A program made the translations under genes and the position numbers. From positions 416,001 through 480,000 of the forward strand of contig CAXBMO010000002.1 in assembly GCA_963977015.1 (NCBI GenBank): a DNA stretch of 64,000 nucleotides. Direction: 5' to 3'. The DNA comes from an uncultured bacterium (GTDB taxonomy: Bacteria; Verrucomicrobiota; Verrucomicrobiia; Verrucomicrobiales; DEV007). Below, piece by piece: positions 20,510 to 30,577 of this stretch. Position 1 is the stretch's first letter, and each line of letters begins with the position of its first letter. The notes under the pieces are model-generated. The model ran no database searches and was not told where the DNA came from. It saw only the letters and a program-made list of their open reading frames with translations.

Positions 20510-23238
20510 CCACCGGCTTCCAACTCATACGTCACAATCTCGTTCCCCGTCAGGAGACGAAACTGACCGGCGACAGCCCCCTGAAGAACGGCGACCGGCT
20601 TCCCAACCGGGTTCGCCATACTGGCGGCAAGCTCGATCCCTTTCTTTTTGATCGAGTAAACCTGGATGCGCGCTTCATCGACCACCGCGACGAACCCCGA
20701 ACGCGTAAAGGCGATAAAAGGGTCGCGGCTCTCATGGGCAAAGAAGACGATGTCACGCCAGTTCCGGTCCCCCCAGATCAATCCCGCTCCAGCGGATAAG
20801 GCAACGGCCAAACGCGGAAGCGTGGCCGGCGAAGTCGGGACGAGGCGTTGAATCGTTCCCGGCATCGGCAACCACTGGGTTTCATCCCCACGAAAATAAG
20901 CCAAGCGATTCGCCATCGCGAAAAACAGCCCCTTGCCACAGAGGGCCATGGGAATGACCATGCCGGATTGAATGACCGATTCTGCCGTCAATCCCGGAGG
21001 CATTGGCGTGAGATGATGGGAACTGGAGAGCTTTCCCACGTGATGCCGACGATCGAGCACAAACTCGGCTTCGGTCAGGCGCAACTCCCAACGCCCCCCC
21101 AGCCCGTCCTGCGCCGCACCGACCACCTCCGGCTTGAGGGGATGAATTCCAAACGGCTCCCTGGATTCGTACTGCTCGAACCCACGGGGTTCCAGTTCAA
21201 AGTCAAAGCGGCTCACCACCCGCACGCACGGTGTTCCACCGCTTGCGGGATGTTGATCCGGCACCAAGGCAACATCCTTCCACGCCACGTCCGGCCCGAT
21301 CTGCGCGTAGCTTTCCGCCCCCTGCGCCGAGTGCTTGACCACATAAATCCCACTATTCTCGCCGCTCATTTTTCCCACACCGACCAACCCATCGCCAAAG
21401 GCAATCGCCTCGCAACAATGGAACTCCGGCAACAAGCGTTTGCGCGATTTTTCCACCAGCTTCACCCGGTCAATTTTTCCCGGCACTGGCGCTGTCACGA
21501 CTTCCTCCGTGGCGTTGGCTGCGCCAAACCGGCGTGCATCGCGCTTCAATAAACGGTCGTTGTCGTCCAGTGAAGCGATAATCTTGGTTAGCGGCCTCGC
21601 ATCCTCATTGGGCCAACGCTCCAACTGACGCCCCACCACCACCCGGGTCGAGTCGGCCGCCAGGTCGCGAAGCGCCTGACTCCAGCCCTCACGCGCCACA
21701 TCCGCCATCACCTCGGCCAATCCCCGCGTGTCAGAGGGGCGAACCTCCGTGTCACGCAATGCAGCCAGCGACGCCAAGGCACGCTCCGATTCATCTGCGG
21801 CTTCACATAGCTGAAAATAGACCGACAACGCCTCCGTCGCCTCCCGGCTATAGGGCCAGGAGGCAAAGAGCAGGTCCAGCGCCCGGTCCGGATCCTCCAA
21901 CTTTTCCGCAATCAGCTTGGCCGCCATGGTTGGGCGATCCAACGATTGCAGAGCGTTCACCGCACGTTCATAGGAATCCCCGGCCTCCTTCTCACGGCCC
22001 AACTCCCGATAGAGATCGCCCATCGTCTCATACTCCTGCAACTGATGGTAAAGCTGCAGCGCCTCCTCAAACAATCCGCCTTCCTTCAGGCATTCCGCAG
22101 CCATTCGCTGATCCTTGAGAAAGGTTCCATACAATTGCGCCGCCTCACGATAAGAGCCCCCCGACTTCAGCGTATTCGCCGCCGCCGCGTAGTCCCCCAG
22201 CAAACGTGCATAAATGTAGGCAGCCCGACGATAACGTCCCAAGGTAAGCTCTCGATTCGCGGCATCGCGGTAGGCCGTCATCAGGCGCCCGGTCTGTGCC
22301 CAATCCAGCGTCCACGGAGCCGCCGGCAGCCCTCCGTTCAGCTCATTCAAATCAAAGTCGATCTTCCGCTCCCTCAACTTCGAATTCGGCGGCATGAAGC
22401 CCCTCGTCCCCTCCCCCCCAATCGGCAACGCAAACCGCAGCCCCTTGTCCGGATCCTCTTCCAACCAATGCAATAACCGATCAATCTCCCGATTCTGCTT
22501 CTCCTGAAGGTTGGAGTTCGCCCAATCCTCCATCCGGTTGACCCACGTTGGATCCTTGACCTTGTCCGACTCCGGAAATCGCCGGGCAAATCCCCGAACC
22601 GCCTCAAAGAACGACTCCCTCAACCCGCCGGAAGCCTTCGGCTCACCCTTGTACTTGGGGATTCCCTCCCCAGCCTGCTCGCCAATATCTCCGCGCGACT
22701 CCCGCATCATCTCGACAAAGTCCGGCGGCGGCCCGCCAGCCCGAATCGTCAGTTTCTCCGGCAAAGGGAGCAATCCCGGATGCGCAAAGTTCCACAACTG
22801 ACCGCGTTGCTCGGGTAACGAAATCAGATCCGCCATACGCACGGCATCCTCCGCCTCATAACCCACCAACCCCGTTCCCGGCAAAAACACCGTCACATCA
22901 TGCAGAAAAAGGCTGGAAAACTCCCCTTCCGTCAACGGAAAGCGCAACTCCGCATTCGCCGGAACATACAAACGCCCCCCCAACAATCGATACGCCAGGG
23001 GACGCGGCATCATTTCCGTCACGGCAATCTTTCCGTTTGGCAGCGGCACGAATAGCCCCGCCACCTCCCGCGACTTCGCCGATCGCGGAATCGGGAACAA
23101 CGGCAGTTCCCCCACACCTGGAAACTCCATCGCGCACAACGTCCGCACCCAGGCCGAGGCATCCGTGCCCGGCAACAACCAGCCCTTCACCGGTCCCGGC
23201 TCGCCATGCGTTAGGCTCAGCGGAAACTCGATCGTCAT
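20506..23238 (-). CDS. Large protein resembling bpX3-type components of MoxR-vWA-beta-propeller ternary conflict systems; TPR-like middle, beta-rich C-terminus
   Basis: GWLLPG...WVRTL...FPIPRS N-terminus; [14 protein letters not shown] and [27 protein letters not shown] recalled from this family; helical repeats. Confidence 0.55.
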   Translation of the reverse strand: MTIEFPLSLTHGEPGPVKGWLLPGTDASAWVRTLCAMEFPGVGELPLFPIPRSAKSREVAGLFVPLPNGKIAVTEMMPRPLAYRLLGGRLYVPANAELRFPLTEGEFSSLFLHDVTVFLPGTGLVGYEAEDAVRMADLISLPEQRGQLWNFAHPGLLPLPEKLTIRAGGPPPDFVEMMRESRGDIGEQAGEGIPKYKGEPKASGGLRESFFEAVRGFARRFPESDKVKDPTWVNRMEDWANSNLQEKQNREIDRLLHWLEEDPDKGLRFALPIGGEGTRGFMPPNSKLRERKIDFDLNELNGGLPAAPWTLDWAQTGRLMTAYRDAANRELTLGRYRRAAYIYARLLGDYAAAANTLKSGGSYREAAQLYGTFLKDQRMAAECLKEGGLFEEALQLYHQLQEYETMGDLYRELGREKEAGDSYERAVNALQSLDRPTMAAKLIAEKLEDPDRALDLLFASWPYSREATEALSVYFQLCEAADESERALASLAALRDTEVRPSDTRGLAEVMADVAREGWSQALRDLAADSTRVVVGRQLERWPNEDARPLTKIIASLDDNDRLLKRDARRFGAANATEEVVTAPVPGKIDRVKLVEKSRKRLLPEFHCCEAIAFGDGLVGVGKMSGENSGIYVVKHSAQGAESYAQIGPDVAWKDVALVPDQHPASGGTPCVRVVSRFDFELEPRGFEQYESREPFGIHPLKPEVVGAAQDGLGGRWELRLTEAEFVLDRRHHVGKLSSSHHLTPMPPGLTAESVIQSGMVIPMALCGKGLFFAMANRLAYFRGDETQWLPMPGTIQRLVPTSPATLPRLAVALSAGAGLIWGDRNWRDIVFFAHESRDPFIAFTRSGFVAVVDEARIQVYSIKKKGIELAASMANPVGKPVAVLQGAVAGQFRLLTGNEIVTYELEAGG

Positions 23239-23240
23239 GA

Positions 23241-23645
23241 TTAAGGATTCGGCTTCAAACGCTTCAGCCCCTCCAAATCCAGGGTAAACGTGGCAGGCCC
23301 CTTCACCTGATAGAGATCCTTCTTCAAAAGAATTTTCGTCTCAGCACTCTTCGCCACCAACTTCGCGCCCTTTGTCGTTACCGACGGCCAGCCGGAAAGC
23401 ACCGCCGACTGCTCCGTCAAATTCACCGTCAACTTCTCCGCCTCCACCGTAATCGGCTCCTGCTTCACCGTCCCCGTCACCAGCACATTCCCCTTCGCTT
23501 CCCCCAAATTCAAATCGATCTCATCCGCCACGATGGTGTAGCCAAACATCGTAAACGTCGGCCGGACGGGCTTTTCCTCCTCTTCCCCAAACGTAGAAAA
23601 TACGGTAATCATCCAAACAAGGGGCATCATCCAATTCGATTTCAT
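23241..23645 (-). CDS. Small secreted beta-rich protein, OstA/LptA-like
   Basis: Signal peptide; IVADEI...AKGNV...ITVEAEKL...AVLSGWPSV pattern. Confidence 0.5.
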   Translation of the reverse strand: MKSNWMMPLVWMITVFSTFGEEEEKPVRPTFTMFGYTIVADEIDLNLGEAKGNVLVTGTVKQEPITVEAEKLTVNLTEQSAVLSGWPSVTTKGAKLVAKSAETKILLKKDLYQVKGPATFTLDLEGLKRLKPNP

Positions 23646-23714
23646 GAGAAAGGGATACGCGATTCGGCAAGCGTTGGCAAGATCGTTGGGGGCACCGCCA
23701 AGACAACCCCACCT

Positions 23715-24842
23715 TCATCCCAACTCCCCCATCCATGCTCTTGGCAAATGTTCTTGCTCGATGCGTCGCCAGCCGTCTTTCGCCCAATCATACGCCTGGC
23801 GTTCCTCAGCGGTTAAGACCAACTCTTTGCGCCAACTCGATGGCTTGCCAATGCGTTGGAGATGTTCGGGGACGCGTTCGATCGTGGCGCGATCCATCCA
23901 GATGCTTTGCACATGGGGAAAGAGTTTACGGAAGCTGGAGAGGATCTCGAAGCCTTGAACGTCGATGTCTCCCCAATAGCGAATCTCGCAGTTCTCCAGC
24001 CACTTGAGATAACGGAAGTTGGGAATGCGCTTGCCGTGCCCCATCAATCCCAGAGTTCCGGGAATGCTTGGCAACATTTGCAGGCTGGTGAGGTTTTCGA
24101 CAACAAAGACGCGCGTTACCGGCCAATTGCACTCGGCAAGCCGAAGAAGGGGGAGCGAAAATTCCTCGTGTTTTTCTTCGCAGGCGGCTTGCAAGGCCGG
24201 GTCCAGGAAGCGCATCCGAATTGCGGGCTCGACCCAAGGGAGACCGAAGCGCCGGTTGAATTCGTGCTCTTCTCGATCCACGACGTCCTGCGGCAAAATC
24301 AAGTCAAGCAAAGGCGCTAGCTCGGATTGATGAGTCTCGACGAATTTGGTATCGACGGAGAGTGGCAACTCTCTTGCATACAAGCCGGGGCGCGGATTGG
24401 AGCGGAAAAATTGGAGCACTTCGATGAGTCCATCCCAACACGGCTCAGCCTTCACAATCTTCGCCGGGTTGGAGGTGATCCACCCCTCGATCTCGGGAAA
24501 ACTTTGCCGGAGTTGGGAGCAGCGGCTCACAAAGTTCGCATACTCCTCTTCTTTCCCTAGCCAACTGAGCAAGTCTTCCTGCGTCTCAAAAACGATCCGC
24601 TTCGGAAGACGATTCCCACCGTCGAGACGTCGCGCGATCCAATCAATGGTATATCCATCATCCCGCTGAAGCTTGGACTGGCGGCGCAGGGCTTCCAAGG
24701 CCTCGATCCGTTCGCTCAAGGGCTCATGGTCGGCGAACTTTTTTTGCCCACGAACCACCCAGGGAAACTCCGCCACCCCTTTCAAGATTTTAGTACGATA
24801 GAACCGCTCCGTTTTCTGATAAATCTCTTCCGGCGTGATCAT
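23715..24842 (-). CDS. jetD: Wadjet nuclease JetD (DUF3322/DUF2220, Toprim)
   Basis: GLYARELP..VDTKFVE, VFVVEN, YWGDIDVQGFEIL, RIEQE; last gene of the operon. Confidence 0.93.
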   Translation of the reverse strand: MITPEEIYQKTERFYRTKILKGVAEFPWVVRGQKKFADHEPLSERIEALEALRRQSKLQRDDGYTIDWIARRLDGGNRLPKRIVFETQEDLLSWLGKEEEYANFVSRCSQLRQSFPEIEGWITSNPAKIVKAEPCWDGLIEVLQFFRSNPRPGLYARELPLSVDTKFVETHQSELAPLLDLILPQDVVDREEHEFNRRFGLPWVEPAIRMRFLDPALQAACEEKHEEFSLPLLRLAECNWPVTRVFVVENLTSLQMLPSIPGTLGLMGHGKRIPNFRYLKWLENCEIRYWGDIDVQGFEILSSFRKLFPHVQSIWMDRATIERVPEHLQRIGKPSSWRKELVLTAEERQAYDWAKDGWRRIEQEHLPRAWMGELG

Positions 24843-24854
24843 TGCGCGCTCATC

Positions 24855-27800
24855 TCATCCCTCCATCAACTTCGCTTCGCGCTCTTTAAACTGCTTCGCG
24901 GTCATGGTGATGACTTGGGAGCGATTTTCGTTCTTCGTCACGAGAAGGTATTGCTCGACGAAGGGCTCCGTCACTTTTGCTTTGGCATCAAAAGGGGCGA
25001 CGATGAGGAGTTGGAGGCCAAATTTTTCGAACAACTGCATCGCGTAAGTGGCGTAGCGGTCATCGACCTTGGAGAACATCTCATCGACCACGACAAAGTG
25101 GAAGCGATCGCTGCTCGCTGCGTCGGGCGAGATATCAAACTGATAGACCACTGCGGCCACCAAGATCGTGAAGGCCAGCTTCGCCTTCTCCCCCCCGGAT
25201 TGTCCTTGGCTGTCCGTATAATAGCTATGTTGCTCATTGGTCTCCGGGTCGAAGACACGCACGGCAAAATCGTACCACCGGCGGACATCCGTTACCTTCT
25301 CCCGCCAGCGAGGTTCCTCGCGCAATCGGACAATCATCTCCTGAGTGCGCTCGAAGGCGGCCTCAAAGGCCTCCAACGTCCCCTCATAGGTATTGCTGAG
25401 ATACCCCCGGAGTTGAGCCCGAAAATCGACAATTTCCTGATCGCGGGTGTCGAGCGGTTCCAAACGCAACACGGTGTCTGGGTTCTTACTATACTCAATC
25501 TCAACGAGGTAACGATTCAGTTGTTCGATGCGCTCCACAATCTCTCCCGCCTCGTTCCGCAACATCGCATCAAATTGCCCAATCTCGCTGACCACATTGC
25601 CGGTGAAGTAGTCGCGGAAACGTTTTTCGTGTACCGGGAGATCCTCCTCAATGAGACGCTCGCGCTCTTTGAGGAAATCCGCGATGTAGGCGGGGGCGGC
25701 TTGCAACTGAGTTTCGAACTCGGGATGATCGCGCAAAAAATGATTCATCGCCGCGTTAACCTTTTGTTCCAAAGGATCGATCTCGGCGCGCAAAGTGTTG
25801 ATCTCACGGTTCACAACAGACTTGTAGGTGGCTTCGGTAGTGAAGACGCTGGTTTCATCGAGCGGCAGCATCGCGAGCTCGCCCAACTGCCGCGCCACAG
25901 CATCAAAGAGTGCTTCGGCTGGGTCCCAATTGCCCTCGTCTTTGGCGAGAAAAATTTTGGTTTCAGCGCGCTGTATGTGGCGACTGGCTTCCTCGATATT
26001 CCCTTCCACCTTGCCAATCAGTTTCGTCAGTTCTTCGATCTTGCTGTCACAAGAGAGCTTGGCCTTTTCTGCGGTGGCAAGTTCTTCCTTGAGCCCCACG
26101 ACAACTTCGCTGGCCCGCTCCAGACGCTCTTTTTCTTCGGTTAACGCGGCAATGGCGGCTTCTTCCACGGCGGTGTCGATGTCCTCAAACGCGGCGGTGC
26201 TGAGGGCGCCGCGAATCCCGTCGTAACGCGAACGCAGTCGGTCTTCCAGCTTGCGAACCCGTTCGATTTCCGCGCTTAGTTGAGCGAGTTCATCCGCGCG
26301 TTGCTTGTAGTCTTGACGCAAAAGCGTGAGTTTAGCCTGGTTATCCCAGCCCAAGACATAAAAACGTGGATCAGCAACCCGCTCGCGGTCATCTTTCTCG
26401 TGCCGATCACCTTTAAACTTGAGCTGACGCTGTGCAGTTAAGGCAGGTGGGTTCGCGTTTTGGAATTCTTCCAGTGATTCGCAACATCCAATATCGAAGC
26501 GTCGTGCAATCTCGCTCTGCACCCATCCAATGAGGGGATGATCCGCCTTGAAATCCAGTTTGTGCCAGAGTGAACGGGAGCCTGGATCGCGTTGCGCAAG
26601 TTCCCAAGAACTTTCTTCACCGATCTTCTGATAGACCAATTTTTGGCCCTTCCCCCGCCCGTCTCGGAGCCGGGTTTGGTTGCAGTAGCGACTGACGGCT
26701 TTGTATTGTTGGATGGGGACCAACATGCTCAACCCAAAATTGCGCAAGACCATCTCGACGGCGCTTTCCCAGGCGCGTTCCTTCGGCTTTACGGCGAGGA
26801 GTTCCGCGACGAAGGGCAGATGGCCCGGATCGATATGGAGATCGTGGCACAGTTGCTCGCGTAGTTCGACGAAGGCGCTCGGAAGATTGTAGGGACGGGC
26901 GGAGAGCAGTTGGATTTCCTTGGCCAGTTCCTCATTCTGATCGGTCAGATTCTTGCGGCGGAGGCCGAGGTCTGCGCGGGCATCGCCTGCCGCGTCCAAC
27001 TCAGCCTGAACCTGGCGTTGCTGCGTAGTGAGGCCGCGACGCATCTCGGCGAACGCGTTGGCGTCCTTCACGCGGGTTTCGAATCCAGCCTGGCGAAGCG
27101 CGTCCTGGTAGCGACGTTCCTCGCGTTTTTTCGCTTCCAAGCGGGTGGAGTGCTGACCTATCAACGGCGGGATTTCACGAAGCCGGGCACCTCCGGCGTT
27201 CTCAATATCGTTACGCAATTTGCGGATGCGCTCTTCAGCTTCTTCCCGCTGTCGTTTGGAGATGACGAGGCGGTTGTTGGCTCCGGCCAAATCCTCGTCC
27301 CATGCTTCCCGTTTGGCTCCGAGAATCTCGACGGTTTGATGGCGAAAAAACAGATCGCTCGCCTCCAGCAAGGCATTGCGCTCGTCGTATCGAGCCCGAA
27401 GCTCCATGCATTGCTCGCCAAACTCCGCCACGGGTTCGAGCGCTTCCAATTGCTTGCGCGCCTTGACCAGGGAATCGTGTGCGCTGCTGAGTTTATCAAA
27501 GTGGCCAAGCACTTCCTGGATGCGGCCATCGCGCCATTTGGGAGGCTCCAGCATGTGGCTGCGGATAAAGTCGTTGAGGCTGCGAATATCTTTGACCGAC
27601 ACCGTTTGGTTCAAGACATCCATGGCGCGCGAGCGCATCTTGGTCGTCTTGGCCAGCCAGCCCTGATACTCCTTAAACGAACTGGTGACCTTAAAGCGGC
27701 GTGCCCGCAATTGCTTGCGCACTTGGTCCAGGGATTCGATATGCTGGAAGTCGCCCTTAATGCTGCGTTCGCCTTCGCTATAGCAATAGATTTTCTCGGT

Positions 27801-28241
27801 CTTGCGGTTGGCGTTGAGATAGAAGAATTGCGCGATGGTGACGCCTTTGTCGAGATCCTCGTTGTAGAAGTAGCCCAGGAGAATGCTGGAATGTCGCCCG
27901 TCGGAGCGCAAGTGAAGGGTCTTGGCCTTGTTATCGCTTTCCTGGCTTCCGTGATCGTAAGCTCCCAGAAAGTAGGATTCCGGAGTTCTTGCGCCTTTCT
28001 TTCCCGTCGATCCTGCCGCTTCGTTATACCGTCGAATTTGGGCCGGGACGAGCAGCGTTAAGAGTGAATCGACCAAGGTGGATTTGCCCGAGCCATTCAA
28101 GCCAATGAGGAGGGAGGTTTTTCCCTTGGGCTCGATGCGGTGAACCACTCCCTGCGTCGAGTCGAAGGTGCCCCAGTTCAACACCTCCAACTTGTGAAGG
28201 CGAAACCCGGGCAACATAGGGGCCTGGAAAAGATCGTGCAT
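24855..28241 (-). CDS. jetC: Wadjet SMC-like ATPase JetC
   Basis: LEVLNWGTF, Walker A GLNGSGKST, long coiled coils, HEKDDR, signature QSGGE, Walker B VVVDE. Confidence 0.95.
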   Translation of the reverse strand: MHDLFQAPMLPGFRLHKLEVLNWGTFDSTQGVVHRIEPKGKTSLLIGLNGSGKSTLVDSLLTLLVPAQIRRYNEAAGSTGKKGARTPESYFLGAYDHGSQESDNKAKTLHLRSDGRHSSILLGYFYNEDLDKGVTIAQFFYLNANRKTEKIYCYSEGERSIKGDFQHIESLDQVRKQLRARRFKVTSSFKEYQGWLAKTTKMRSRAMDVLNQTVSVKDIRSLNDFIRSHMLEPPKWRDGRIQEVLGHFDKLSSAHDSLVKARKQLEALEPVAEFGEQCMELRARYDERNALLEASDLFFRHQTVEILGAKREAWDEDLAGANNRLVISKRQREEAEERIRKLRNDIENAGGARLREIPPLIGQHSTRLEAKKREERRYQDALRQAGFETRVKDANAFAEMRRGLTTQQRQVQAELDAAGDARADLGLRRKNLTDQNEELAKEIQLLSARPYNLPSAFVELREQLCHDLHIDPGHLPFVAELLAVKPKERAWESAVEMVLRNFGLSMLVPIQQYKAVSRYCNQTRLRDGRGKGQKLVYQKIGEESSWELAQRDPGSRSLWHKLDFKADHPLIGWVQSEIARRFDIGCCESLEEFQNANPPALTAQRQLKFKGDRHEKDDRERVADPRFYVLGWDNQAKLTLLRQDYKQRADELAQLSAEIERVRKLEDRLRSRYDGIRGALSTAAFEDIDTAVEEAAIAALTEEKERLERASEVVVGLKEELATAEKAKLSCDSKIEELTKLIGKVEGNIEEASRHIQRAETKIFLAKDEGNWDPAEALFDAVARQLGELAMLPLDETSVFTTEATYKSVVNREINTLRAEIDPLEQKVNAAMNHFLRDHPEFETQLQAAPAYIADFLKERERLIEEDLPVHEKRFRDYFTGNVVSEIGQFDAMLRNEAGEIVERIEQLNRYLVEIEYSKNPDTVLRLEPLDTRDQEIVDFRAQLRGYLSNTYEGTLEAFEAAFERTQEMIVRLREEPRWREKVTDVRRWYDFAVRVFDPETNEQHSYYTDSQGQSGGEKAKLAFTILVAAVVYQFDISPDAASSDRFHFVVVDEMFSKVDDRYATYAMQLFEKFGLQLLIVAPFDAKAKVTEPFVEQYLLVTKNENRSQVITMTAKQFKEREAKLMEG

Positions 28242-28307
28242 CGTGTCCTGTTAGGATCAATCGACGAAGGTTCGCGCTCGGGCAAGATGAAGTTTTCGGA
28301 GGTCGCC

Positions 28308-28922
28308 CTAATCTTCCGGCGTTTCGCCCGGTGCCTTTTTTTGCTGGTGAGCGAGCAGCTTCGCCTTCATTTGTTCCATCTGTTCCAGACTAAAACGCGC
28401 TTTCAAGATAGGCCGGACGAGATAGGCTGGTGGTTCCTGGTTCAGCTTTTTGGCGAAGCCAAATTCCGTGATGCGCTTGAGTGCGGGGGCGAACTTGGCT
28501 TTGAGCCGCTTTTCGTCGTGGACCGTGCCAAAGAAGCCGAGGTAGGCGGCGAAGAGGTTTTCCTCACTGACGACGCATTTGGTCGAGTGAAGTTCCTCGT
28601 CTTCAAACCGACAGATTTCAGCGCGAAGCAGTAGGCAAAGGAGGGTTTGCTCATAGGTCATGCGAACGGTGCGCATGAGGCGAGGGAGGTTCTCATACCC
28701 TTCTTCCTCCTCTTCTTCGGCCAGTTGGCGAACGTAGGCATAGCCGTCATCCTCCGCAATCACAAGGCGCAAACCAAAGGTGGCGAACAGGTCTTCGAGC
28801 CGGGTTTGGTGGCTGAGGGTGAGATCCCAAGCGGGTGCTTCGTCAGAGTAGACGACCCCGCTCCGCAAAAGGCATACGGCAGCGAAATTGGCGTGGTGAT
28901 ACTCGGGGAGATCGTTGGTCAT
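28308..28922 (-). CDS. jetB: Wadjet JetB (DUF4194)
   Basis: GLRLVIAEDDGYAYVRQ, LPRL...TYEQTLLCLLLR, VRPILKA; position between jetA and jetC. Confidence 0.9.
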   Translation of the reverse strand: MTNDLPEYHHANFAAVCLLRSGVVYSDEAPAWDLTLSHQTRLEDLFATFGLRLVIAEDDGYAYVRQLAEEEEEEGYENLPRLMRTVRMTYEQTLLCLLLRAEICRFEDEELHSTKCVVSEENLFAAYLGFFGTVHDEKRLKAKFAPALKRITEFGFAKKLNQEPPAYLVRPILKARFSLEQMEQMKAKLLAHQQKKAPGETPED

Positions 28923-28967
28923 GGTTGGTGGAGATGGGGGGGTGAAACTTGCAGAGGGGTAGCGCAT

Positions 28968-30434
28968 TCAAAGGGTTTCCGTTTTGCGGAAGATGACGCG
29001 GGGAATCGTAAGAATGCGTTTGCCATGGAAAAGTTCGCCCGGTGGAAGCTCGACTTCTTCTTGCTCATCGGGCTTGACGATGTGGCCGTCGTCTTGGGCG
29101 ATTTGAACGTAGGCCAGAACTTCGACCGCTCCGGATTTCGGCGGATTTTCCTGAAGGAGACGCGGGAGTGAAGCGGCTTCGTCTCGTTGAGTGAGGTGGC
29201 GGATCTTGCTGCGCATGTCGCTCCAGTCGAGACGGCGCATTTGGACGAAGAGGTCGAATTCCGCATCGGCCAGCTCGGTGGAGCCAGTCGCGTCGGACAC
29301 GCTGAGCCGGTTGATGGTTGGCGGCTCAGACCACATTTCTCGCGACATCGGTGTCTGGAATTCGGGTTTGATCTCAACCTCGATACTGAATTCCTCGCCC
29401 GGTGGTTGGTCAGCATTGGCGACGACGAGAGCCTGAATTTCGCCAATCAACTCGGTCAACTTTCTTCGCTCGGCTGCGACCTGGGTATCGAGAAAGCGGC
29501 GAATGGTCCCGGAAAGGCGCTGCACGGTCCTCATGACTTGATTGGCTTGAGCGGTGAGAGCCGGCATCATCTGGCGAAGGGCTTCTTTGCCCTGTTCGTT
29601 GGCTCCTAAGGCGGCGATACGCCGGACTTCATCAATCAACTCGCGCACATAGTCCTGATGTTGCGGGTTGAAGAATTGGTTGCGAAATTCGTAGAAGCTG
29701 ACCCCGGCATCGCTTTCGCGAAGGGCGTCTTCCTCATCCAGGACAAAACCGAGCAAACCGCCCTTGTTGAGTTCGCCCCCGTGATGCTGGCTTTGCACGG
29801 ACTGCGTGATGCTGCGGAAGTCTTCTTCGACTTGGCGAAAATCGCTGAGCACACGGCGGAGCAGCTCGATGGCGAAGTGGAAATCTTCGCGGATGCGAGC
29901 ATCGTGACGCGGAGCGGCTTCGCCGGTTTGGATGATGGTGTCGATCTCCCTTTGAAGGCGGTCGCGCTCGGCTTGGAGGGTTTCAATGCGTTTGTCGGTG
30001 TCGTCGCTGGCGTAGGTGGAAATCTCGCGAAGTTTGTCGATGATGGTGCGGATTCGGCTCTCGGTTCCGGCGACCTGGGCTTGCCGGTCGAGGGTTTCCT
30101 GGACGAAACGCAAGGCCGTCTCCGTTGCGGGCATGAGCTGGTAGTGCGGTTGCTCCCCTTCCTGGTAGAAACGTTGAAGGTAGCGTTTTTCCTTCCCGCA
30201 CCAGTCATTGAGATAAAAGGTCGCGTCCTGCTCCATCGTACCAAGATAGGATTCCCGGACCATCTCCTGATAATCGATCAACTCGGTGAGTAGACGTTCG
30301 TGGTCGATCGCGATTTCGTCGCTGCGTTTGAAGGCGCGATCGAAAAAGTCGAGCACAAAGGGGGCCATGGGCGACCTCAGCAAAGCGATGGTTGGCGAAT
30401 TTTTGAAGAATTCGTTGAGGTCGGACAATTCCAT
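28968..30434 (-). CDS. jetA: Wadjet JetA (DUF3375)
   Basis: ALLRS...F, YLNDW...YLQRFY, GTESRI, LSDFRQVEEDFR, SDAGVSF; first gene of the operon. Confidence 0.9.
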   Translation of the reverse strand: MELSDLNEFFKNSPTIALLRSPMAPFVLDFFDRAFKRSDEIAIDHERLLTELIDYQEMVRESYLGTMEQDATFYLNDWCGKEKRYLQRFYQEGEQPHYQLMPATETALRFVQETLDRQAQVAGTESRIRTIIDKLREISTYASDDTDKRIETLQAERDRLQREIDTIIQTGEAAPRHDARIREDFHFAIELLRRVLSDFRQVEEDFRSITQSVQSQHHGGELNKGGLLGFVLDEEDALRESDAGVSFYEFRNQFFNPQHQDYVRELIDEVRRIAALGANEQGKEALRQMMPALTAQANQVMRTVQRLSGTIRRFLDTQVAAERRKLTELIGEIQALVVANADQPPGEEFSIEVEIKPEFQTPMSREMWSEPPTINRLSVSDATGSTELADAEFDLFVQMRRLDWSDMRSKIRHLTQRDEAASLPRLLQENPPKSGAVEVLAYVQIAQDDGHIVKPDEQEEVELPPGELFHGKRILTIPRVIFRKTETL

Positions 30435-30577
30435 GGAACGACCCATATACCGGGGCAAAGAGGGCGGCAAGAGCAGCAAAGAAGCTTACTCGCCAAAAAG
30501 CCTAGGCCGTCGCTTGCGTGAGCCGCCAAAATAGCGATTTACGGACGACCGATTCGCCGCTTACGGTGACGAAATTC

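Noticed and set aside
24726-28061. 472-aa and 383-aa plus-strand ORFs
   Set aside because: Antisense shadows of jetC
23646-30577. Wadjet as part of an integrative mobile element
   Set aside because: No integrase, transposase, tRNA target or flanking direct repeats found by eye
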